A DNA stretch of 64,000 nt, taken from contig OZ210885.1 in assembly GCA_964658305.1 (NCBI GenBank), positions 19,716,001 through 19,780,000 of the forward strand, written 5' to 3'. The notes under the pieces were generated by a model. That model was given only the letters and a program-made list of their open reading frames with translations. It made no database searches and had not been told where the DNA came from. Of the stretch, positions 25,724 through 37,030 are shown one piece after another; position 1 is the stretch's first letter; each line of letters starts with the position of its first letter. A program made the translations under genes and the position numbers. This DNA comes from Leptogorgia sarmentosa. Its lineage: Eukaryota.

Positions 25724-27540
25724 TTAGGACGATTGTGATGATTGTGAAGAGTCAATGTAAGAGTAATCAGCTGACACTTTAACTTCTGTTGATACGGAAT
25801 ATGATTGCGTGGATAAGCAATGATCACATTCTTTTTCAGTCATTTTACTTAATGGTTTTTCTGTTGAAATGTTTAGACCATCATGTAGTAAGTTAGTAAA
25901 ATAACAATCAAGATGCTTATTCCACAGTTCGTGTTTTTTATTGTTTTCCAGGCTAATGTCCTCAAATTTAAAGTTTATGACATTGTGTTGACTTTGGCAT
26001 GCAGTCTCTGTTGACATTAGCAACTAGGTTTGGAATTAACATTCCTCTTACAGTAAAGTTCCACATATTACTTCCATAGGCTTTAAACAGTCGATGATGC
26101 CGCTTATTTCCACGGTACATGTTGACATTATCTATAAGCAACAACAATGGCATCTCTTGTGGTGTAGAGGCTGAAACATGCTTTGTTTTGTTTTCTAACT
26201 GCTGGTCAAGATAATTCATCAATGTGTTCCAATGAAGAGTAAGACCACACTTATTGAGTATATTAACCATGCGGCAACCAGCACCATACGAGACAAGCAA
26301 GATTGTAAAAAATAGTGTTACATCATTTCTGCAGTGTCGATTTTGCAAGCTTGTCAATAATGATAAAGCATGTATAGCACATTTTGGTTTCCAGTCTGAA
26401 ATTTCACTTTCAGGAAATAAACTTTGAATAACACATGTTAGTAATGGGCAGTCTCTTGTAAAATTCAATTTCAAATTGTTGAACATATCACTAGATACCG
26501 TTTCCTCGAGCGAAGTTGCACCACGCCTAATACCAAGATCCACTAGTTCAGATAATTTATCATACTCTGATATCATGACTGACGTTTCTGTGGCTGAAAG
26601 TGAATTGTCTGGGCTACTTTGCAACAAAACTTTCAACTCTCTTTCATAAATTCGATCAACACAGTTTGTTAATTGAGTAATACTTTCCATTTCTTGATTA
26701 TACATATTGATCACAGAACGCAAGTAGACACTGCCTTGGACATCAGAATTAGACATAATTGTGTCCATTATCTTCTTTGCATTGTTCCTACGAGCTGATA
26801 TCTCTCCTTGTAGTCGTAGAATTTCGGTGTTTTGGCTGACCTCCAAATCTGGTGTTTCATTTGACAATTCAAAAAAAATAGACTTTCTCATATTTCTGTA
26901 CTGTTTCCTTCGTTTATTATATGTAACAGTGGGGAATGCAGCCTTTACTGATCTGGTGGTCAAACTCTTGCTTTCAGGTAATCCATAACTTCAGCCCGGT
27001 CTGTTGTTTTTCCAGTACTTTCAACAAATTTTTCTTGAAGGCAAGATTGCAATACATTTTGTCTTTTTTTGCAAGCATCGCCATGTAACCTTTTTGGTGG
27101 GGGTTCATATTCACTTTGGTCAAGTTCTACTTCGGCTTTTCCTCGTTTACTTTTTACTGGTGTGCTTGTTATTAATGGAGCGTGTTCGTGACCAGGGTAT
27201 TCAGAGAACTCATGATCAGACAGTTCAGGTCCTTCCATAATAAAATATGCTTTATCTTTTGGTACACGAGAACGTTTATAATAACATTTATAATAACATT
27301 TATAATAACATTATGCAATGATATTCATATTATTAAACTGACTTTTGGAAGAAAATAAAAGGACAAAATAGCCTTATTGTGAATAAGGTTTACATTCGCG
27401 CATACATTGAAATGATATAAATTTAACACATTCGAGATATGAGGACAAAAGAGAGCAAAAAATAATAGTTTACCTTCCAAAGATAAATTATGTAGGGATT
27501 CATTCAATAGGTCAACGTCGTGATTCGAATCGTCATCCAT
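25724..27540 (-). pseudogene. Academ transposase N-terminal half (DUF6589-like), frameshifted and truncated
   Basis: ORF 25968-26963 has ILNKCGLTLHW..LLIDNVNMY..MWNFTVRG. It lies inside the TIRs, convergent with the helicase. Confidence 0.7.
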
Positions 27541-28390
27541 ATTTGCATATTTTTGCAACAGGAACAACAACAAATGATAACTAAACGGTTGAATCACATC
27601 ATTGGTTGAATAAGTATCGCCAAATTTTTTGCTACTGAAGAAAAAAAATTCAGAATGCAATAAAAAAATTAGGATGTACCACTTTTCGAGCTTTTGTCCC
27701 AGAAATTGAACCAAATGTAGCAGAGGCTTTTCCACTTTTTTCTTCATTTTCCTTCGTTTTCTGCCATGCCCTTATGATCTAGCGCACATGCACTAATAAT
27801 AAACAGTAATAAAAAGCCTCTGCGGAGGAGAGAGCATTATCCCTAAGTCGTTCATTTTCTTTACTTGATTGTGCATTAGTAACACCAAAGGGCATATGAC
27901 AATCATGGTGCTAGTCCCTAATGCTTGGTCGAACAGAATATCAGTGAGCAAAAGAATACACCAAAACACAATAGACTTTCCATAACCGGTATTATTAGCA
28001 CAAAAGAAAACATTGTTTCCTTTAAAAAACGATTAAAATCATATTACTATCATATGCTATTAAAATATACATATTAAACTTAAAATATTATCCTAGATAT
28101 TTAAACGATTCTTCAATTGTAACCATTGGTACCAGACAATTGTTGATGAGTAGTTTCAGAAGAAAAACATCGATAATCAAACATAGTAAAAAGCAAAGCC
28201 ATTACATACCGTTAAGTGTGTACATTTTAATTCGGATTCTGTGTTGACTTGAGTGCTAATATTTGTATAGTTCTAAGTCCAAATTGCCCAAGGGTGGGCA
28301 CTTTATTCCGAATTGTCATTGTCGCCTTTCTCCATGTCATATTTGCCAACATCTTCTCGTAAACAACAAATGATGAAGTGTGTTTCTCGT

Positions 28391-28436
28391 CAGTCCCAGA
28401 TTAACCCCATGGCAAACTCGGCATATGCCAGGGGCA
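28391..28436 (+). repeat. Solo 5' end of the hAT MITE family seen at 14697
   Basis: CAGTCCCAGATTAACCCCATGGCAAACTCGGCATATGCCAGGGGC versus CAGTCCCGGGTTAACCCCATGGCAGACCCGGCATATGCCGGGGGC. Confidence 0.75.
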
Positions 28437-29415
28437 TACGAAATTTTCGCAAATATTGTCACTGTCATGCTTTGTAATTGTTAGACTTTCTCTGTTATTT
28501 TACTACTTGTAAAATTCTGGTAACAATCTATAGGTCTATATTAAAATGAATAAAAATATCAGCTTTTACTAACTTCATCATTAACAACAGTACTTAGCAA
28601 ATATTGTCATTGTCTATCTATTTTTCAGATGCAAAAGTGTATTCTTTATGGCCTGGATATCCCAGTGAAATACAACACTAAATTTAGCGGGGATGGGGCT
28701 AAAATGACCAGATTGACCGGGTTAGATTATAATTTAATTTTCAATTTTGAATGATGAGGGAACTGCAATGGCGGCATCCATATGCTTCTATCAATTTCTT
28801 TCCTATATAATACATGTGATAAAAATGTATAAAAATACAATATTTGAAGATGGTATCAGTTGTTAACAACTTACTCTGCTATTTCTAGAAGTTCTCTGTA
28901 CAAAGTCAGAGCATCATTCCAAATACTTGGTGGGTTATAGCCACCCTTGGTAAACAAATATGAAAAGTATTCATAATAAATAGATACCTCATGATAATCA
29001 CAGGCGAATTCTAGCATATCTTGATACTTTGGTTCTTCAATGATATGCAAATGATCTGCGGCATTAACATTTTCTGGCAAAAAATAAATCACATCTGGCC
29101 TCCCAGGTACAGTACCATGTCTTAATTTTCTGATATAATGTTGCTGTACCTGTAGAATTTCACACACAAGCACATTCAATTTTTTAAACGATATATTCAC
29201 ACAAACAACCCAAATTTCTCAATATTTCAAAACGTGCACTCTATCATGCAATCATGCCCTTTTTTTCGTCCCGGCGATTCGTCCCCGGCCGCCGGTACCA
29301 GTCACTCGTATGTTCTAATTTATTCTACACTCCCCACCCATTGGTCGGGGATCATGCAACCAACTAACAACAACGACCAATGTAAATAATATTCCACTGT
29401 TCAATGCATGCAATA

Positions 29416-32400
29416 TTAATAAAATGTCTGTCTTTTTATGTCACTCATAATTGCTGCACGACGTCTTGGGTTTCCTCGATTATTCGTGACTGCGGCTATC
29501 GAACTTGCATCGTTACTACCAGAAGACTCCTTACCATCAGCTGCAACAGTACCTTTGTCGTTGCCCGCATCAGTTATCGTTACAGGTTTGTCGTTACACT
29601 CAACCGGAACAAGACATTCGATCGATCGCCTAAGTTCCGTGAACCGTTTATTGTCGCCTACCACTCGTACCACAGCACCTCGAGCTTTACCATCACTCCC
29701 TTTGATCATCTCTCTTACTCGACCTAACTTCCACGTGTTTCTGGGGCGTTTGTCATCCTTAACCAGTACAACATCTCCTTCCTTGACTCCAGCTTCACTT
29801 GTTGACTTGTTACTACCAATCGCGTATCGGTGGAATTGTCTAAGTTCCGTCAAATATTCTTTCTGCCAACGGTTCCAAAAATGCTCTTGCAACAACCGTA
29901 CATACTTCGCCCGTTTGTTCACATCAGATCGAGAGTTGAATGTCTCTTTTCCCTTTGGCGTTGTGTTAGAAGACAACAATCTTCGTCCGACTATCAAATG
30001 TGATGGTGTTAATGGTTCTTCAATCTCGTCATCGTAGACATATGTCAGCGGTCTCGAATTCAAAACGCTTTCTACTTCTACTAACATGGTAAGCAATTCT
30101 TCGTACGTCAGCCTAGCTCCTCCAAGGGTCTTCTTCAGGCAATGCTTAGTGCAACGAACTAAACGTTCGAAGAACCCTCCCCACCATGGGGCTCGCGGCA
30201 TATTGAATCTCCACTCAATTCCCATTTTCATCGCAAAGTTCTGCACATCCCGACTCTTAAAAGTCTTCGCATTATCTGAAACAAACAGTTGATTTACTCC
30301 TCTTCGTGCAATAAATCTCTTCAGACACCTGATGAACGCGTGTGCCTGTAAGGTAGAAACTAGATCTAAATGCACGGCCCTTGAACTTGCGCACGTGAAC
30401 AGGGCTATATAGACCTTGTACATGCTTTTATCACCGCCGTATATATTTTTCACGTACAAGGGGCCGGCGAAGTCCACTCCAGTGTTCGCGAATGCAAAAC
30501 CTTTCTCTACTCTAAAGTCGGGAAGCTCTGCGGGGACAACCGGTCGGCATACCTTTCCTTGAACTTTCATACACGTCGAACAGTCCGCAATCTCGCGTTT
30601 CACCGTTTGTCTTCCTTTAATGATCCAATAACGACATCTCAGCTCTGTCAAGGTATCCTTTACCCCCCGATGTAGTACCTTTTCATGGCATTCTCGTACG
30701 ATCAACAATGTAAGATGATTCTTTCGTGGCAACAAAACTGGACACTTCGTCTCGTAAGGAAGAGATGACTTCCCCAGTCGTCCCTTACATCGATAAACTC
30801 CTGTACCATCAACAAACAATCCTAACGAGTTTTTAATCTGACCAAACTTATCGCCAGCAACAATGGGTTTCTGTATCTCTCGTAACCAAATTGTCTCGGC
30901 ATGTTCTAATTCTTTAACAGTCAGAGCTCCTTCCGCTGATTTCTGGAATTCTGCCAGATTAGGCAGCTGACTCTTCAACTTTGCAATGAAACGAATTACG
31001 TAAGCTGTTACTCGAAACAATTTCTTGCTACTGCTAAACTCCTCTAGACGAATACAGTTTCCCACAGATGCGTTCAAACTAGTCGTTAAATTTGTACACG
31101 TACTCTTATTCTTTGATTCCGTTTTCACTTCCTTCATAGCCTCTTCATCCTGACTGGTTCCTTGAGGTTTTGTTGGCCACTGTTCTTCGGGTAATTTCAG
31201 GAAAGTTGGACCATTCCACCATGTATCTGCTTCTATAAGCTGCGTTGCCTTCGCTCCTCTTGATGGCAAATCGGCTGGGTTCACGGCAGTGTTACAGTGG
31301 CTCCATTGATTCGGATCAACATTATTCCTAATTTCCAGCACTCTGTTCTGAACAAACTGCTTCCATGTCTTATCTGTTTGCACAATCCAGTAGAGGACAA
31401 CCATCGAATCTATCCAACAACGTATATTATCAATGTTTAAGATCTGCGACAACGCTCTTTGAACATTTCTCACCAGTCGTGCGAGGATAACTGCTGCTAG
31501 AAGTTCCAGTCTGGGTATTGTGCATCCACTAAGTGGGGCTACTCTTGTCTTGGCTGCAACTAACACCACACGAATGTCACTTGGATATACAATTCTAATG
31601 TAAACAGCTGCGGCGTAAGCGTAAGAAGACGCATCACTAAAGCCATGCAACTCAATTGACGCGGTCTCGAGATCATTTCCATTAAAATAACAACGACTTA
31701 ATTAGACAGTTCCAGCATTGCTAAGTTCCTTTAACCAACGCTCATACGACTCCTTCAACTCTGGAGTAAGTTCATCATCCCAATCACCTTTCATCTCGCA
31801 TATCTTCTGAAAGAGAACTTTCATATCCACAATTATTGGCGATATCCAACCAAGAGGATCATACACTTGTGCCGTTACCTTTAGAACTGTTCGCTTTGTT
31901 ACTGGTAAATTGGCTGCTACTTCTAGAATGGGTTTGAAGTCAATTATCAGTTCGTCGGTACGGTGGTTCCACAAAAGTCCCAAGACCTTGTGCTCTATTT
32001 CTTCGTTGATCTCGTGGTCAACACCCAGTGTGGTACTCGTATAGCTGTGGTCATCTTCAATGACTGATCTAGTTTCTTGGGCTTCGTATCCAGCACAATC
32101 AGATTCTCGTATTCTTTAGATTAATTCCGAGGAATTGGACGACCACTTTCTCAGGTTACATCCAGCTTCCAACATTCTCAACTTCGATTTAAGGAACAAC
32201 TGATATGCTTCTTCCACGCTTTGATCTCCACTTGTGAGGTCGTCAACATACAATGCTTCGAGAAACCTTCGTACAAACTCTGGATCAGCGACCGTGTACT
32301 TGTTGATATGGTATCTCAAGGTCGCATTAAGTAGGAAAGGGCTACTGGATACTCCAAACACTAAACGTGTAAATCTCTTCGTCACCACCTTCGGATGTTC

Positions 32401-34953
32401 TGAATCAACATCGTCTATCCACAGAAATTGCAAAGCATCCCTATCATTCTCATCTACTCCAATCATCAGAAAAGCCTTTTCAATATCTGCCACCAGTGCC
32501 ACCTTGAAACAACGAAATCTGAGCATGACGTCCATCAACAACGGAGACAGAGACGGCCCCGCATGTATACAATCGTTTAAGGATGGTCCATCTTTCTTAG
32601 CAGACGCATCGAATACTATCCGCAGTTTTGTAGTCTGTTTGTCTGTTCGAATGATTTCTCGGTGAGGCAGATAATGAATCTTATTAGACGTAAGCGTTGG
32701 ATTAACAGCTTCTATGATACCCTTCTTTTCTTGATCCCGGATAACCCTGTCATACTCACGCAAAATCTCGGGTGTCCTCCGCAGACGTCTTAACGTGGAT
32801 CCCAGTCGGGTACAACTTAAGTTGTAGTTGTCAGGCAGGGTTGGGTGACCATCTTTCCATGGGAGGGATACTTCATACCGACCATCTTTCATCTGAATCT
32901 CATTCAAAAACTGCTGATGGACTGCATCTTCACTTTCAGGAACTATTCCTATCGATTCAGTTTCCCAAAATTTGGCAACCTCTTTTCTTAACGAGCACGG
33001 TTCAGCAACTTCTTCGGTGTCTAGCCTCAGGACATGCGTATTACTCATACATACAGATGATTCAAGCAGACTCTGGCTCACTTCCACGACTGGACCCGAC
33101 AACACCCACCCTAAATGGGTTTTTACAGCCACTGGGCCACCATGTTTCCCTCTCCTCGTCTCACCCGTTACGAACTGCCAGTAATAGTCACTTCCGATCA
33201 GGATATCAACTGGCATATCAACTTTACCATCACAACTATCAGCCAAGTCAAGCGATGACAAGTGGTCATAAGAGGCCTCTGCTACACGAATCTTCTGCTT
33301 CGAAACAGGGGAACAGATTGTTTCCACTGAAAACGCATCTACATACAAATGGATTCCACCACCTGGTTTATTCAGGCTAAATTTTACAACATCACAGCTC
33401 TTAGGCTGCTCTTTCTCTGAGCCAAACGTTTTTATTAGCAAATTCTCCGTCCCTATCGCAGGTAATTCGAGAACATTTCTAATACGATTCGAAATATATG
33501 ACCGCTGTGACCCACTGTCGAATATCAATCTTGCCTTTACAGACTTCTTACTTCCAGGATTTGTGACTTCGGCCACAGCAGTTTGCAATAGCACTGAGGT
33601 TTCAGTGTCTACATAGTTGGTTGCTGTTGTAGCCAAATTTGAACCTGGTGGAGATTGCTGATCATCATTACTTCCTACTGGTTTAATCTTAGGTGGAGTC
33701 TTACATACTATACTATGATGTTTGGCTCCACACTTCATACATTTCATCTCTGACGGACAATTTCTCACTATGTGCCCGCTCTTCAAACAAAGGAAGCATC
33801 TCCCCTTCTTCTTTAAAATTCCCTTGCATTTCTCTGGATCAGTAACTATTGTACATTTGTAGGACCTGTGCCCAGGCTGATCACATAGGTAGCATGCAGC
33901 CTGAGTAGCGTCATTTGCATACAAGGCAGCTGCCGTTGTAGGGGGGTCCTTATATCTACCACCCTTGGGCCCCGGTTTTTCTGTAGACCCACCAGCTCCT
34001 CTGGTTTTCTCTCGTGCCTCTAATTCTTCCTTAAATATATCCAATAGCTTGGTTATGTCCCAAGTGTCAGATTTCATTTGTCGACTTATAATTAACTGAA
34101 ATTCATTGGGGGTCTTTTCCATCAAAACTGGGATCAGGAGACTCCCATACATCTCAGCACTAACACCAAGGGCTTGCAAGCTTCGTACATTTACTTCAAT
34201 TTGGTCATACAGGGGTCTCATACGTTTATCATTTGCATCAGTTACTGGGGGAATCTTTAATAATGAATCCATGTGAGAACTTATGACTAGCTGCTTATTG
34301 CCATATCTTTCATTCAAAATGTCAACTGCAATCTTATAATTTTCATTTGTCAGAGACAGTCCAGCAATAGACGCAGCAGCAGGTCCCTCCAAATACGACC
34401 TCAAATAATTCAGTTTTTCAATATCACTCAGTGATTCATTCGAGTGAATAGCTGCTTCGGAACTTTCGCGAAATGTTTGATATTCAGAATGTTTACCATG
34501 AAATTTCTTAATTTCTAACTTGGGCAACTTGATATTGTTTTTAACTCTCTCCGACTGACCGTTCTTGCCAGACGTCTCCGACTGACCGTTCTTGCTAGAC
34601 GTCTCCGAGTTTTTACTCGAAACTAAGCTGTTCTCTACACTTGCTACTTCATCAATTGGTAAAGCAAGTTCAATGTTCACAATACGCTCTTGAATATAAC
34701 ACCTTATCTCACTCGCTTCATCGATCTCTTTCTCGATATCTTCGTCGTCAATATTACCCAAGATTGACGCATCCAAATCGCTTAGTACTCCTAGTTTCTC
34801 GTTTAAAACATCGCTAAATGTTTTTGCCTTACCTCGATTTCCTTCGCTAAATTCTGCTAACAAATTGTCTACCTTGTCACATACTTTCTTCACGTAAGAT
34901 CTGTGACCTTGTCGTTGTCTCTTCAATCGCTTCACATCAATTTCCTCGTCCAT
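29416..34953 (-). pseudogene. BEL/Pao gag-pol single reading frame with two in-frame TAA stops (32116, 31702)
   Basis: ORFs 32116-34953, 31702-31983 and 29416-31650 share one frame. KLPKLEI, zinc knuckles, FDSGSQRS, YVDD, FSDAS, SDNAKTF and GGFFERLV are present. Confidence 0.95.
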
Positions 34954-34972
34954 ATCTTCGCTATGTGCTCAT

Positions 34973-34990
34973 ATCCGGCTCGAAGGACCA
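34973..34990 (-). promoter_or_regulatory. Primer-binding site complementary to the tRNA-Tyr 3' end
   Basis: Minus strand TGGTCCTTCGAGCCGGAT immediately follows the 5' LTR. Eukaryotic tRNA-Tyr ends ATCCGGCTCGAAGGACCA. Confidence 0.9.
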
Positions 34991-35444
34991 TGTAGAATTT
35001 CACACACAAGCACATTCAATTTTTTAAACGATATATTCACACAAACAACCCAAATTTCTCAATATTTCAAAACGTGCACTCTATCATGCAATCATGCCCT
35101 TTTTTTCGTCCCGGCGATTCGTCCCCGGCCGCCGGTACCAGTCACTCGTATGTTCTAATTTATTCTACAGTACCTCATCAAGCTCTAGTTGCAGCAATTC
35201 TGAAAATGAAAACCACAAACACTCTGTTTGCAGAGTATTTCATGTACTCAGCTCCCCAGAGTCTATAAGATCTTTAAAGAAATTGATCCACCAATTGGAC
35301 CATGACTTTCTCAAAAAGGGCCACCATGCTTCGATTCTTTGGTTCGAATGTGATGAGCCAAATACATGGGATTTTGCTCATAAAATGTAGCAAAATGGGG
35401 AGCGATTATAGAATACCCATCCACTTTTGAAACTATGACTTGTT

Positions 35445-36442
35445 ATCATGATACGATGATACGAAGTGAGATTAATGACGTAATATATAGTAAGTCCAAG
35501 CAAGCTGAAAGTTCCTGGGCAAGGTATATTTTTTCGTGATATGATGATATGAAGTGAGAATAATGACGTAATATACAGTAAGTCCGAGCAAGCTGAAAGG
35601 TCCTGGGCTAAGGATATACCTTTTCTGCCAACTAAGACGACCTAGTAGGCAGCTCGCACACTGACTAAAATGGTAAAGGGACCTTTATACTGACATACTA
35701 TCGATGACCGTGACGCTTAACGATGACCGTGACGCCTAACATGCCTCTATACTAACCGAACATTGTTCGCTCGCTTGCTACTAAGCCCTGTCTTTCATGA
35801 TACGATGATACGAAGTGAGATAGTAAATCCGAGCAAGCTGAAAGGTCCTGGGCAAGGTATATTTTTTCGTGGTACAATGATACGAAGTGAGATAAGTGAC
35901 ATAAGATACAGTAAATCCGAGATACATAAATGTGTTCCGTTAAAAACGCATGGGCGCAAGCTAATCCCTTCCAAGAAACCCGAACAGTAAACACTGACCC
36001 TAACAATGAACACTAACCCGAACAGTAAACACTGACCCTAACATTGAACACTAACCCGAACAGTAAGCACTAATATATATTATTGTAAGCACAAATAACT
36101 GTTTGTTTACGCTTATAGTGTACCATTGGCTTTCAAAGAAAGCGTATTGTTTTCGCATGTTTAGTGTGCGGTTGGTCTTTAAAGAACGAGATATAAAAAC
36201 AGTATGCATAAGTAAATGCATAATTATTTTCACTTGATTTAATTGTATTAGGAAATGCATGCTTTTTGAATAATCACGCGTAAATCACATTTACGTTGGT
36301 ATCATCATATCACGAAAAAATAGATGTTGGCAAGGCTTCTTTAAATATTTTGCTATATTACATTACGTCATTATTCTCACTTCGTATCATCGTATCACGA
36401 AAAATATACCTTGCCCAGGACCTTTGAGGTTGCTCGGATTTT
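35445..36442. repeat. Composite repeat: ~84-bp units in direct (35445-35615, 35797-35900) and inverted (about 36299-36440) orientation, plus a 37-bp tandem repeat (about 35978-36070)
   Basis: Repeated GATACGATGATACGAAGTGAGA..GCAAGCTGAAAGGTCCTGGGCAAGGTATATTTT and its reverse complement; repeated CCCGAACAGTAAACACTGACCCTAACA.TGAACACTAA. Probably a decayed non-autonomous TIR element. Confidence 0.7.
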
Positions 36443-37030
36443 CACTTAATGACTGTCTCGAAGTCGGCCCTCCACTGAAAAATAAATTGTGGTCTGTGTT
36501 AGTTCGGGGAAGATTTCACCCTGTTTGTCTTTGTGGAGAATACGTAAAGCGTTCCTACAAGTGAGAATCAGTAGCAGTGATAGATGTCCTCAGATTTTAT
36601 TGGCTGAAAGATATCAACACAGATGAAATACAAACTCTACGATTTACAAGAGCCCTCTTCGGATTGACATCATCCCCATTTCTCCTGGGGGGAGTGATTC
36701 AACAGCACTTGGAAAGTTGGCACCCGAAGCACCCTGCTGTAGTCGATGAGATTGACAAGAGTCTCTACGTCGATGACCTTGTTAATGGAGCAACTACAGC
36801 CGAGAAAGCATTACAGTTGAAGGGAAAAGCAACTGAAATCTTTCAGGATGCCACGTTCGATCTGCATAAGTGGCAGTCAAATGATGAGAGACTAGAAACG
36901 GCATTCTCATCAAAGCAAGAGGACGAGACTTACGCAAAGGAACAACTCAGGATTCCAACTAAAGAGAATGGTAAACTCCTTGGTCTTGACTGGAACAAAG
37001 ATGAGGACACGATAAGCATTTCCTTCAGCA
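36443..37030 (+). pseudogene. BEL/Pao RT fragment
   Basis: LNDCLEVGPPL, LRFTRALFGLTSSPFLL, LYVDDL, LHKWQSN, KLLGLDWNK. Confidence 0.88.

Larger units (their letters stand above)
23646..27834. mobile_element. AcademH-type DNA transposon, internally deleted, 9-bp TSD CATTATCCC
   Basis: Termini CTCTCTCCTCCGCAGAGG / CCTCTGCGGAGGAGAGAG with long imperfect TIRs (to about 23840 and from about 27706). TSD at 23637-23645 and 27835-27843. Convergent RecQ-like helicase and Academ-type transposase genes. Confidence 0.88.
29151..35169 (-). mobile_element. Full-length BEL/Pao LTR retrotransposon 2 (identical 179-bp LTRs, 5-bp TSD GTACC)
   Basis: LTRs at 29151-29329 and 34991-35169 are identical by eye. 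TSD at 29146-29150 and 35170-35174. Polypurine tract at 29330-29339. tRNA-Tyr primer-binding site. Confidence 0.98.
28871..35400 (-). pseudogene. IS3EU-type transposase C-terminal remnant split by BEL/Pao element 2 (pieces about 35400-35175 and 29150-28871)
   Basis: HVFGSSHSNQRIEAWWPFLRKSWSNWWINFFKDL..LQLELDEV upstream of the LTR element continues as HYIRKLRHGTVPGRPDVIYFLPE..PSIWNDALTLY downstream. It is collinear with the transposase at 52208-53862. Confidence 0.8.

Noticed and set aside
34973..34990. tRNA-Tyr gene
   Set aside because: Only the 18-nt 3' end including CCA is present, adjacent to an LTR, so it is a primer-binding site.
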